From the NCBI GenBank assembly GCA_037446635.1, contig JBBIIG010000032.1:1-38045 (forward strand): DNA of 38,045 nt. The letters run 5' to 3'. Origin of the DNA: a bacterium (GTDB lineage: Bacteria; Zhuqueibacterota; Zhuqueibacteria; Oceanimicrobiales; Oceanimicrobiaceae). Positions 8,745 to 17,551 of the stretch are shown here, one piece after another (the first letter of the stretch is position 1; each line of letters opens with the position of its first letter). Both the position numbers and the translations under genes were made by a program. The notes under the pieces were generated by a model. That model was not told where the DNA came from, made no database searches, and worked only from the letters and a program-made list of their open reading frames with translations.

Positions 8745-11700
8745 ATGAGGGCTGCGTCATATCTTCTAGTCTCATTTACTATTCTTCTTTTTGTTTTTCA
8801 TTGTGGGCCAACTGAGCCAGAATCTCCTTACGGCTCTTTGCGGATTGTGATGGAGAAATCGTCTTCGAATGAGCTTTCAAAGACGGCAGATGTTTTGGAG
8901 AGTGTACGTGCTATCGTGAAAAAAGGCTCCGTTACAGTTTACGATGGTAATCTAACCAGACAGGGCGGCGGTTTTCATGGCGAAATCAACAATCTTGAAC
9001 CCGGCAGCGACTATTCAGTCCAGCTATTTGGATACATCAACAGCAGGTTGGTTAGCCATACTTTCAGAAGCGGAATCAGTGTGCAAGCTGGAGAACAAAC
9101 TACTGCTTCTATACCCTCATGGACAGACTTTTTGACCTCCCCAGTCGAAGGAGCGATAATCAATAATAACACCCCAACCTTTGATTGGAGTGACATAAAT
9201 GGTGCTATTGTCTACGAATTGATGGTTGACAATAGCACCGGTTTTGAAAGTCCAGAAATACACGAACCGAATTTGAGCAGTTCCAGATACATTGCGACTA
9301 ATACACTTTCAGATGGTGCTTATTTTTGGAAGGTGCGCGCCCGAGACAGCAACGGTAATTGGGGGAGTTGGTCGGAAGATTGGTATTTTGTGATTCAGAC
9401 TGAAGACCCGACGTTGTGTGTTTCACCAACATCATTAGACTTTGGCAGTGTCGAGACATCAAAGACATTTGATATTACCAATTGTGGTACTGGTACATTG
9501 ACTTGGAATATCACCGTTGACAGCAATTGGATCTCAGTAAGTCCCACCAGTGGCAGCACCACTTCTGAGACTGACGTGATAACCGTGACTTTGAACCGCA
9601 GCGGACTGAATCCCGGAGATTACAACGGAACGGTGACAGTCAATTCCAATGGCGGGACGGAACAGGTCAGCGTGGCGATGAATGTTCCACCCGTCGTCAA
9701 TCCGATTTTATGTGTTTCTCCGACCTCATTAGATTTTGCCAACAGTGAGACGTCGAAGACTTTCAATATTACTAATTGTGGAACAGGTGGTACGTTAACT
9801 TGGAACATCACTGATGACACCAATTGGATCACAGTAAGTCCTACCAGCGGCAGCACTACCGCTGAGACCGATGTGATCACCGTGACGGTGAACCGAAGCG
9901 GACTGAGCCCGGGAAATTACAGTGGGACCGTGACAGTCAACTCCAATGGCGGGACGGCGCAGGTTGGCGTAAGCATGTCTGTTGTTTCTGAGATCGTTTC
10001 CACGCCAAATCCTCCCACAGGCCAGATTACCGGCAAAGTGGGTCAGAGTTTATGCTTCAGCACGGGTGGTTCGACCAGCAATTTGGGTCATAGTGTGGGG
10101 TATCGCTTTGACTGGGGTGATGGTAACTTCTCAAATTGGAGTTCATCCACACAATGTCATATCGATACCGTTGTCGGGACTTACAGTGTGAAGGCGCAGG
10201 CAAGGTGTCAGACTCACACCAGTGTTGTATCAGACTGGTCATTAGGGCAGCCTGTGACGATTTCGGGTCATACGTTGAGTATTTCTGTGAGCCCACCGGG
10301 TTCAGGAAGTTTGACTAAAAATCCCAACAAGTCTCAGTACAATCATAACGAGACCGTTCAGTTGACTGCAGGTCCTAATTCAGGTTATCAGTTTGGCCAC
10401 TGGGAAGGTGATTTAAGCGGCAGTATTACTCCTGAGAATATCAGAATGGACGGAGACAAGAACGTTACGGCGTATTTTATTCCGAACGAGCCCAACAACA
10501 CGGCAAATGAATGCACAAGCTTGGGTCCAATAAGCACAACACCCATTACCCGCGATGCCTGTATTGATCCAGAAGGAGATATCGACTACTATTGTTTCTC
10601 TGCCATAGCCGGCCAGCTTGTTCAAATTCGTACCCAAAACACGGGCTCCAGTAACCTCGATGGCGCAATCTGGCTTTATAACAGCAGCGGAACGCTATTG
10701 GCGCACAACGATGACGATGGCAGCACAAGTCAATCACGGGTCGAATATACAATCCAAAATAGTGGTACATACTATATCCGCTATGCTTATTACACCAACA
10801 GCGGCAGCTTTCCAAACAGTCCACGGCCTGAGAACCAACCAATAAACAAAACATCATCGATAAAGCAGATTGCCGACCCCACCGGAACTTATCGGCTGAC
10901 CGTGCAGCAGCTTGTCGGTACACCAAACCTAAACCAGATAGTTGATCTCCTGATTGATGATGACAATATTGGCAGTAGTATCGGTAATGGTGACGGCATC
11001 GTTCAAGTTGGAGAAACAATTGAATTGAGGGTAAGAATCCAAAATAATGGAAACGGGACGGCCTATGCTGTATCCGGGCAATTGAGCATAAGTTCTACTG
11101 ATGCCCCTTATTGTGAAATCACAGATGCCAGTGAGGGTTTTCCTGACATCCCCGCCGGATCGAGCGACTGGAATAGCGCCGATTTCGACTTTAGAGTAAC
11201 TGGTTTACCTCCGGGAAATGATTTGGATTTTACAGTTACCATGAACTACCAAGATGGCAATGCGAATCCATATAACACTCCAATAGATTTTCCTGTTGCG
11301 GCAGACTACGCAGGGCGTGTTGAATTAAAGTCTTCCACTCCGCGGGTTACTGGAAATATGAGTTTTAGTTCTAGTGGGGCAGGATACGATCCTATCAATC
11401 CCGATCCCCCGCATTGGAGAATCACAACCATAAATGGATATATGGAATTTCAGTATAATGGATTGTATGACTTCGTTTTTCATGCTTTAGGTTCAACTGT
11501 CGATGGAATATCATACTGTTACATTGACATCTATGTGAACAACGTTAGAGTTGTGGAAAGATTTTTTGTCGACAAAAATTGGACCTTATATTGGCTTTCG
11601 AAAAATGATTTTGGATTTACGACCGGAACAAACACCGTCAGAATTGTACTCGTTGGAGATACACATTTCTGGTCAGACGAAGCTTATATAGATTTGATTT

Positions 11701-11762
11701 CCCAATCAAGTGCACATGCACCAAACGCATTAGAAAGGCGTGTCATAGTGTCTCCTAAATAA
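8745..11762 (+). CDS. Large multidomain putative lipoprotein (Fn3-like, 2x BACON-like, PKD-like, InlB B-repeat-like, PPC-like, Ig-like, C-terminal beta domain)
   Basis: Leader ending VFHC; PTFDWS..YFWKVRARD; SPTSLDF..TLTWNI..WISVSPTSG x2; YRFDWGDG; GYQFGHWEGD..VTAYF; DIDYY..NDD..SGTYYIR; GDGIVQVGETIEL. Confidence 0.85.
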   Translation: MRAASYLLVSFTILLFVFHCGPTEPESPYGSLRIVMEKSSSNELSKTADVLESVRAIVKKGSVTVYDGNLTRQGGGFHGEINNLEPGSDYSVQLFGYINSRLVSHTFRSGISVQAGEQTTASIPSWTDFLTSPVEGAIINNNTPTFDWSDINGAIVYELMVDNSTGFESPEIHEPNLSSSRYIATNTLSDGAYFWKVRARDSNGNWGSWSEDWYFVIQTEDPTLCVSPTSLDFGSVETSKTFDITNCGTGTLTWNITVDSNWISVSPTSGSTTSETDVITVTLNRSGLNPGDYNGTVTVNSNGGTEQVSVAMNVPPVVNPILCVSPTSLDFANSETSKTFNITNCGTGGTLTWNITDDTNWITVSPTSGSTTAETDVITVTVNRSGLSPGNYSGTVTVNSNGGTAQVGVSMSVVSEIVSTPNPPTGQITGKVGQSLCFSTGGSTSNLGHSVGYRFDWGDGNFSNWSSSTQCHIDTVVGTYSVKAQARCQTHTSVVSDWSLGQPVTISGHTLSISVSPPGSGSLTKNPNKSQYNHNETVQLTAGPNSGYQFGHWEGDLSGSITPENIRMDGDKNVTAYFIPNEPNNTANECTSLGPISTTPITRDACIDPEGDIDYYCFSAIAGQLVQIRTQNTGSSNLDGAIWLYNSSGTLLAHNDDDGSTSQSRVEYTIQNSGTYYIRYAYYTNSGSFPNSPRPENQPINKTSSIKQIADPTGTYRLTVQQLVGTPNLNQIVDLLIDDDNIGSSIGNGDGIVQVGETIELRVRIQNNGNGTAYAVSGQLSISSTDAPYCEITDASEGFPDIPAGSSDWNSADFDFRVTGLPPGNDLDFTVTMNYQDGNANPYNTPIDFPVAADYAGRVELKSSTPRVTGNMSFSSSGAGYDPINPDPPHWRITTINGYMEFQYNGLYDFVFHALGSTVDGISYCYIDIYVNNVRVVERFFVDKNWTLYWLSKNDFGFTTGTNTVRIVLVGDTHFWSDEAYIDLISQSSAHAPNALERRVIVSPK
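9408..9983 (+). repeat. Intragenic tandem duplication of a ~93-aa BACON-like domain (9408-9686 and 9702-9983)
   Basis: PTLCVSPTSLDFGS...GGTEQVSVAMNV vs PILCVSPTSLDFAN...GGTAQVGVSMSV. Confidence 0.9.
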
Positions 11763-11777
11763 ATAGGGAGGTGGGCC

Positions 11778-13136
11778 ATGTTCAAAAATTTCTCTTTTAT
11801 GATTTTTGGAGTGCTGATGATTGTTAATCTTGCCAGCGCACAAAAGCGGATCTTCGGATCCAGTCCACCGGGTCGCTTGGGTAAAGTGGCACTCACCCCC
11901 GATACCAAACCGCCGGCTATCTTTCTCACCGAAACAACCGGCGTGCTCACACGGGGCGAGGAGTTGCAGGCGGTCAAAGTCCTGCCGGTGGAAACGCGCA
12001 TCATGATTCGCGGCGTCATCGAGGACAATCAAGAAGTCGTGGGTTTGAAGGTTAACAATCAGATGATTCCGCTTGTTGGAGCGACATCAAGAAAAACGTT
12101 TGGGATCAAGTTGCCTTCGCCCACTACTGGCCGAATGAGCAAATATGAGTTCGTAGCGTTCGATCGAGCCGGAAATGAAGCTCGGCAGACTTTCCAAATC
12201 AGCCGCCCATCTGCTTATGAAACTCCGGTTTTGGCTTTGTGGGGAACACCTGAAGAAACAACGCCGCCACCTCCTGCGGTTGCAGCGGCTGGCATTCAAA
12301 CTCAGCCTTCGCCTCAGCCTACAGACACTCGGCCTTTGCCTCCGCCTCAGCCTGCTCCTTCTCCCCAAATTCTTCCCAAAATCTGGCTGTTCGCCATCGG
12401 CATTTCCAAATTTCAGGATGCAACCCTCAACCTGAGCTATGCCGCCAGCGACGCCTCGAGCTTTTACGAATTTTTCCGCTCGGATAAAGGCGCACGGCTG
12501 CCAAAAACGCAAGCGACTCTGCTTGTCAACAGCGCCGCCACTCGCGCTGAGGTGATTCAATCGCTGACGCAGGCAGTCAAAATTGCGTCGGAGCGAGATT
12601 TGGTCGTCATCTTTTTAGCCACGCACGGCCTGCCCGACTCCGATACCGGTGAGATTAATTTTCTCATGCACGATACGGATATTAACAATTTGGTGGCCAC
12701 GGGTTTGTCCCACAGCGACCTCAGCCGTATCATCGAGCGCTCGCGCTCGAAGAAAATTCTGTTCATCGTGGATGCCTGCCATTCGGGTGAGTTGGGCGCC
12801 GGCAGACTGCTGGCCAGCCGCGGCATCACCTTCAGCGAAGTCAATCGCCTGCTCTCCATGCTGGCCAAAGCCTCAGACGGGATAGCCATGCTCACAGCCT
12901 CTAGTTCCAACGAGGCGAGCTTCGAGGGCGATCAGTGGAATGGCGGCGTCTTCACTTATTACCTGTTGGCGGGCTTGAGCGGCCGCGCGGATTTCAACAA
13001 AGATCAGATCGTGACCCTGCGGGAGGCCTTCGATTATTTGTATCAAACCGTTCCGCAGGCAACGCAAGGTAAGCAGCATCCGGAGTTGAAGGGGCAGTTT
13101 AGCAACGAGCTGCCGTTGGTGGAGGTGAATCCGTGA
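11778..13136 (+). CDS. Secreted caspase-family protease (peptidase C14) with N-terminal Ig-like domain and Pro-rich linker
   Basis: Signal peptide ..LASA|QK; AIGISKF, L-YAASDA, FLATHG (His), DACHSG (Cys), GVFTYYLLAGLSGRAD, GKQHP; GGAGG RBS. Confidence 0.92.
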   Translation: MFKNFSFMIFGVLMIVNLASAQKRIFGSSPPGRLGKVALTPDTKPPAIFLTETTGVLTRGEELQAVKVLPVETRIMIRGVIEDNQEVVGLKVNNQMIPLVGATSRKTFGIKLPSPTTGRMSKYEFVAFDRAGNEARQTFQISRPSAYETPVLALWGTPEETTPPPPAVAAAGIQTQPSPQPTDTRPLPPPQPAPSPQILPKIWLFAIGISKFQDATLNLSYAASDASSFYEFFRSDKGARLPKTQATLLVNSAATRAEVIQSLTQAVKIASERDLVVIFLATHGLPDSDTGEINFLMHDTDINNLVATGLSHSDLSRIIERSRSKKILFIVDACHSGELGAGRLLASRGITFSEVNRLLSMLAKASDGIAMLTASSSNEASFEGDQWNGGVFTYYLLAGLSGRADFNKDQIVTLREAFDYLYQTVPQATQGKQHPELKGQFSNELPLVEVNP

Positions 13137-13138
13137 TT

Positions 13139-13197
13139 CCCTCTCCTCGCCGGAGAGGGTTTCCGCCAAGGCGGATCCGCTTCGCGGAAGGGTGAGG
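13139..13197. repeat. CCCTCTCC/GGAGAGGG-TT^AGGGTGAGG repeat interrupted by a 27-bp double-hairpin insert (13162-13188)
   Basis: 8-bp IR followed by TT[TCCGCCAAGGCGGATCCGCTTCGCGGA]AGGGTGAGG. Confidence 0.75.
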
Positions 13198-13203
13198 TCT
13201 GAC

Positions 13204-13266
13204 AATCGATAATCGATGATCGATAATTGACAATTCACAATTTGTAATTCACAATTGACAATTGGC
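13204..13266. repeat. 7-mer tandem repeat, 9 units (AATCGAT/AATTGAC/AATTCAC)
   Basis: Continuous 7-nt periodicity; same family as 5049-5083. Confidence 0.8.
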
Positions 13267-13406
13267 TGATTATCCTTCTGTACATGGGCAAAATGAAAAA
13301 CTCAAATTACAGATTTCAAAATTCCTTGTTCGATATTTGTAATTCGCTGTTTGATATTTGATGCGCTAGATCGAGCAGGAGACCCAGCCCATAGATCCTG
13401 TCAGGG

Positions 13407-13898
13407 TTACTCCAGATCTGGCAACTCAAATATTTGTAAGCTCATGTTTAGCAGGCGGCGATCGATATAGGTGCCTGTGGAGAGAAGACTTTGGTAGCAC
13501 ATTCGTAAATCATGAATATGTTTTCTACGATAGGATTCTTCCAAAATACCGAGCGTGCCAACTACCCGTAGGTTCTCCCTCTGAGCAAGCTGACGGGCTT
13601 TCTTTTCATCGATAATTGCTAAATCGACAGAGAGTTCTTTGGCAAGTAAAATGGTAGAAAGTTCACCGCGGCCCAAACGAAACTGTTTACGCCATTGTGC
13701 CAGTAGCGCGTTATCTGTAAGTTCGTGAACTTTGATCCACGGCGTCGAGTTTAGTTCCAGCGCGCTGGCGGGTTGGGCAACTAACTCGGAGTACACCGGG
13801 CCCGCAATCAATATCTCTGCAAATAGTTGGTTGAGCAGTTTAAGTTGCTCAATGCGGGCGAGGCTGATAATGGGAGAGGTATTGGAAACAACGATCAC
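13407..13898 (-). CDS. DUF3368-family PIN-domain protein (putative toxin)
   Basis: MIVVSNTSPII, LGRGE, IIDEKKAR, VVGTLGIL. Confidence 0.9.
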   Translation of the reverse strand: MIVVSNTSPIISLARIEQLKLLNQLFAEILIAGPVYSELVAQPASALELNSTPWIKVHELTDNALLAQWRKQFRLGRGELSTILLAKELSVDLAIIDEKKARQLAQRENLRVVGTLGILEESYRRKHIHDLRMCYQSLLSTGTYIDRRLLNMSLQIFELPDLE

Positions 13899-14158
13899 GA
13901 TCGCAAGCTCTTGAAATACTCGCGGTCTTGCTGCAATTCGGTTTGGCCGTAATGCAGCGGCACCTGACGTTTGGCCGAAAATTCCATGAACTCAGCTATG
14001 GAAAGACCGCACAACTCAGCGGCCTTACCCAAAGATACGAGTTCTTCACGAAAGAGCTCTAACACCACTAATTTGAGCGTTTCATGAGAAAGCTGATCAC
14101 GTTTGAGTTTGCCTAACGCAACCAATTCATCCGACAGCTCAAGGGTTACAGTTTGCAT
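13895..14158 (-). CDS. UPF0175-family protein (putative antitoxin)
   Basis: LFREELVSLGKAAELCGLS..EF..Y..EL..D; 4-bp overlap with DUF3368 gene. Confidence 0.9.
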   Translation of the reverse strand: MQTVTLELSDELVALGKLKRDQLSHETLKLVVLELFREELVSLGKAAELCGLSIAEFMEFSAKRQVPLHYGQTELQQDREYFKSLRS

Positions 14159-14226
14159 AGTTTTCCGTAAAAATTTTTTTAAAAAATACTGTTTACGTTC
14201 TACAAAATCAACGAAAAAAACTGAAT

Positions 14227-14260
14227 ACCCTTGACAAGGTTTGAAACCCAGTCAAGGTTT
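14227..14260. repeat. Degenerate copy of the 7746-7778 REP-like palindrome
   Basis: ACCCTTGACAAGGTTTGAAACCCAGTCAAGGTTT directly before the AAGGAG RBS. Confidence 0.6.
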
Positions 14261-14277
14261 GCAAAAGGAGCCACAAT

Positions 14278-16233
14278 ATGTTTCAACGAAGCATTTCAAT
14301 CTTATTCTTGCTCGCAGCGCTATTTGCTTCGATGGGCTATGCACAGCAGAAGTACGCTCTCTTGGTTGGCGTCGGCGATCATATCTATCCACGCAACAAT
14401 CTTCGCGGGCCGAAAAACGACGTGCCCGCAATGCAAAAGCTGCTCGTCGAAAAGTATGGTTTCAAGCCTGAGAATATCGAAGTTTTGGTGGATGCCAATG
14501 CCACGCGCAGCAACATCGTCGCAGCGTTTGAACGCAGATTGATCGCGCCGGTGAGTGAAGGAGATTTGGCGCTATTTTATTTCACCGGCCACGGCACGCA
14601 GGTTACCGATTACAGCGGCGACGAACCCGACAAACGCGACGAAGCCTTTTTACCTTATGACGGCAGAACCATCAGCACCCTGCTTGTCGATGATGATCTG
14701 GATGAGCTCATTAACCGCATCAAAACGCGCAACGTGGTGGTGATTCTCGATGCCTGTCACTCCGGTACCGGCACACGCGGATTGGCGCGTCCGAAGCGGG
14801 TCAGCGCAAAGGATCTAGGGATCGAAGATGCACCGCCACCGCCCGAATCTGCCAACCACAAAAATCACAAAGCCGCAAAAGAGCTGGCCAATGCGCTGGT
14901 CATCACCGCGGCGCGCGAAGATCAAATTGCGGCGGATTATCCGTTTCTGTTTCAAACGTTTGACAAAAGCGCTAACCCCAACATGGGTGCGCTCACTTAT
15001 TATTTAGTGCAGGAAGCATGGAGCGACCAAAGCGACACGCTCGGTTATGAAGCGATGGCCGAGCGCGTGCGCGCCCAGCTGGAAAACAATGGCTTTGGCC
15101 AGACGCCGCAGATCGAGGGCGTGAGCGAGAGTCCATTTCTGATGTTGGCCGCGGACACCCCCGCGCCAGCCGTTGCTCACAGCGCAGACTCGGTCACGGT
15201 TTTAACGCCCGAGGCGCACGCCGAGGTGGTAGACGTTGACCAGCATCACGTTACAATACAGGCGATTGGCGCGGTGCAGTTGGTGCGCGGCAGCATTTTT
15301 GAAACCATTGAACAGGCGATTGACAACGAGCCGAACGCCATCCGCGTTATCGAAGCCAATGGGCAAAACGCGATTGCGGAAGTGATCGCAGGGCGCGTCG
15401 AAAAGGGAGACCGGCTGGTTGAGACGTTTCATTTTATCCCGCAATCCAAACTGCGGTTGGCAGTGGTGGGCAACTCGAGTTTAGCGCCGAAAATTGAAAA
15501 GAAAATGACAGCGTTGAACTTTGTTGAAATCGTGAAGAAGGATGAATTCCGCGACGTGGAGTTTGAAGTTACAGTTAGCGATAGCTCATTTCGCATCACA
15601 CCCTATCGCAATCAGCACCGACTGCCGGACATCGAGATCAGCGATCTGGAGAGCGTGGTAACCAAAACACAGCCGTTGCTGGAAAATCTCTTTGCCGTAA
15701 CGCTGCTCGCGAACTTGCAGAATCCCAATCCGCCGTTCAACGTTGACGTGCAAGTCAATGGCAAAGATTACGACGAAATTCGCATCGGCAAAGAAGTTGC
15801 CTTTACGGTTCGCACCGATCGCGATGCTTACCTCTATCTGGTTGACGTTGACCCGGCGGGAAAGATGACTGTGCTGTTTCCCAACATGTACGCCAAAGAG
15901 AATTTCTTGAAAACAGGGATCGCTTACGAAATGCCGGCGCAGAACCTCTATCGCTTGCAAGTGGGCGGCCCGGCGGGACCGGAGCTGGTCAAAGCCATTG
16001 CCACGACTAAGCCACTGAACCTGGAAGTCCTCTCCTCCGACTCCGGCGAGTTCAATAGTTTAAACGAAAGCGCGGTGGTGGTTGCAAAAGCCATCGTCGA
16101 ACAGTTGAAGCGAGAGGTCAACCGATTGAGCACGCGCGGGATTTCCGTTTTGCCGGTGGCGCCGGCGGTGGAGCAGCCGATTTCAACCGAAGGTTGGGCC
16201 ACGGATGAGGTGCTGATGCGGGTGGTGGAGTAA
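14278..16233 (+). CDS. Secreted caspase-family protease (C14) with C-terminal DUF4384 domain
   Basis: Signal peptide ..MGYA|QQK; YALLVGV, LRGPKND, YFTGHG, DEPD..DEA, DACHSG, GALTYYL, QTPQIEG; C-terminal IGKEV.F.V..DRDAYLYLVDVD..G..TVLFPN..GPAGPELVKAIAT. Confidence 0.93.
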   Translation: MFQRSISILFLLAALFASMGYAQQKYALLVGVGDHIYPRNNLRGPKNDVPAMQKLLVEKYGFKPENIEVLVDANATRSNIVAAFERRLIAPVSEGDLALFYFTGHGTQVTDYSGDEPDKRDEAFLPYDGRTISTLLVDDDLDELINRIKTRNVVVILDACHSGTGTRGLARPKRVSAKDLGIEDAPPPPESANHKNHKAAKELANALVITAAREDQIAADYPFLFQTFDKSANPNMGALTYYLVQEAWSDQSDTLGYEAMAERVRAQLENNGFGQTPQIEGVSESPFLMLAADTPAPAVAHSADSVTVLTPEAHAEVVDVDQHHVTIQAIGAVQLVRGSIFETIEQAIDNEPNAIRVIEANGQNAIAEVIAGRVEKGDRLVETFHFIPQSKLRLAVVGNSSLAPKIEKKMTALNFVEIVKKDEFRDVEFEVTVSDSSFRITPYRNQHRLPDIEISDLESVVTKTQPLLENLFAVTLLANLQNPNPPFNVDVQVNGKDYDEIRIGKEVAFTVRTDRDAYLYLVDVDPAGKMTVLFPNMYAKENFLKTGIAYEMPAQNLYRLQVGGPAGPELVKAIATTKPLNLEVLSSDSGEFNSLNESAVVVAKAIVEQLKREVNRLSTRGISVLPVAPAVEQPISTEGWATDEVLMRVVE

Positions 16234-16282
16234 AGGATTCAATAGCCGGGAAATGTTTTAATGATGTTATTAGCTAAGACCC

Positions 16283-17383
16283 TCAAAACAACTCCCCTTG
16301 ATGAACGTTCCCCCTGCGAAAATGCTCGATGCTAAGCGCGAACCTTTGCTGGTTCAAGCCATATTTGCGGCAGCAGATTTTGAACATGCGGTTGATGGCC
16401 GCGGCGCGCACGCCCTCTCCGCTGAAGCGCGTCCCGAAACGCGGATCGTTGAGCCGACCGCTGCGGGTGTCCTGCACTGTGTGCAAAACTTTTTTGACAC
16501 GATCGGGATAGTTGTGAGTTAGCCAGGTGAAGAAAAGTTCTTTCACCGAATAGGGCAGCCGCATCAAAATGTAGGCCGCGTGTTTGACGCCGCGGCCCGC
16601 GGCTTCTTTGAGAATCGCTGGCATTTCGTGATCGGTCAAGCCCGGAATCACCGGCGCCACGTTGACGTTGGTGGGGATGCCCGCCGCCGCGAGCTGTTCC
16701 AGCGTCTCCAGCCGCTTGGCCGGCGCCGAGGTGCGCGGTTCCATTTTACGGGCAAGTTGATTGTCCAACGTCGTCACCGAAATGGTGGCGGCCACCAAAT
16801 TGTATTTGGCCAGTTCCTGCAAAATATCCAGGTCGCGGAGGATGAGGGCGTTTTTGGTGATGACGCCCACTGGATTGCGAAATTTCAAAAACACTTCCAA
16901 ACACTTGCGGGTAATTTGTAATTTTTTTTCGATGGGTTGATAGCAATCGGTGTTGCCGGAGAACGCCACCACTTGCGGCCTCCAGCTTTTGGACTGGAAC
17001 TGTTTTTCCAGCAAACGCGGCGCGTCGGGTTTCACGAGGATTTTGGTTTCGAAATCCAGACCGGCGGAAAGTCCAAAATATTCGTGAGTGGGCCGGGCGT
17101 AGCAATAGATGCAGCCGTGCTCGCAGCCGCGATAAGGGTTGATGCTGTAAGTGAAAGAAAGATCGTAGCTGTCGTTTTTGGAAAGAATGGTTTTGGTGTT
17201 GTCTAGGAAGTATTCGGTCGCGACTTTGTGTTCGGGTTCGTCCTCCAGCCAATCCAAATCCGTTTCGATTTTGAGGCGCTCGAAGCGGTTCTCCGGATTC
17301 AGCGTCGTGCCGCGGCCTTTCAGCGGCGGAGTCGGATCGGCGCTGAGTCGGCCTAATAACGGTTCATTCATGGTCGTTTTCAT
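16283..17383 (-). CDS. PA0069-family radical SAM protein
   Basis: KGRG, SINPYRGCEHGCIYCYARPTH (CxxxCxxC), TDCYQPIE. Confidence 0.93.
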   Translation of the reverse strand: MKTTMNEPLLGRLSADPTPPLKGRGTTLNPENRFERLKIETDLDWLEDEPEHKVATEYFLDNTKTILSKNDSYDLSFTYSINPYRGCEHGCIYCYARPTHEYFGLSAGLDFETKILVKPDAPRLLEKQFQSKSWRPQVVAFSGNTDCYQPIEKKLQITRKCLEVFLKFRNPVGVITKNALILRDLDILQELAKYNLVAATISVTTLDNQLARKMEPRTSAPAKRLETLEQLAAAGIPTNVNVAPVIPGLTDHEMPAILKEAAGRGVKHAAYILMRLPYSVKELFFTWLTHNYPDRVKKVLHTVQDTRSGRLNDPRFGTRFSGEGVRAAAINRMFKICCRKYGLNQQRFALSIEHFRRGNVHQGELF

Positions 17384-17410
17384 GATTTGTAGTTAAAGAA
17401 ACTCGATCAA

Positions 17411-17535
17411 ATTCCCCTTTATAAAAAAATGAGATTAGGGGTTGCCCTTTGGCACCGTCCCATCCGGACAACCCCCTGTGTCCCCCTTTTTTAAGGGGGA
17501 CTTTACTTCTCCCTTTCGAAGGATTAGAGGTTGCG
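17411..17535. repeat. TCCCCCTT/AAGGGGGA hairpin repeat cluster
   Basis: CCCCCTGTG-TCCCCCTT-TTTT-AAGGGGGA (17472-17500) with degenerate flanking copies. Confidence 0.6.
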
Positions 17536-17551
17536 CCAAAGGCACGCTGAG

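Noticed and set aside
13204..13360. Periodic repeats as a possible CRISPR array
   Set aside because: 7-nt tandem units with no spacers; no cas genes in the window
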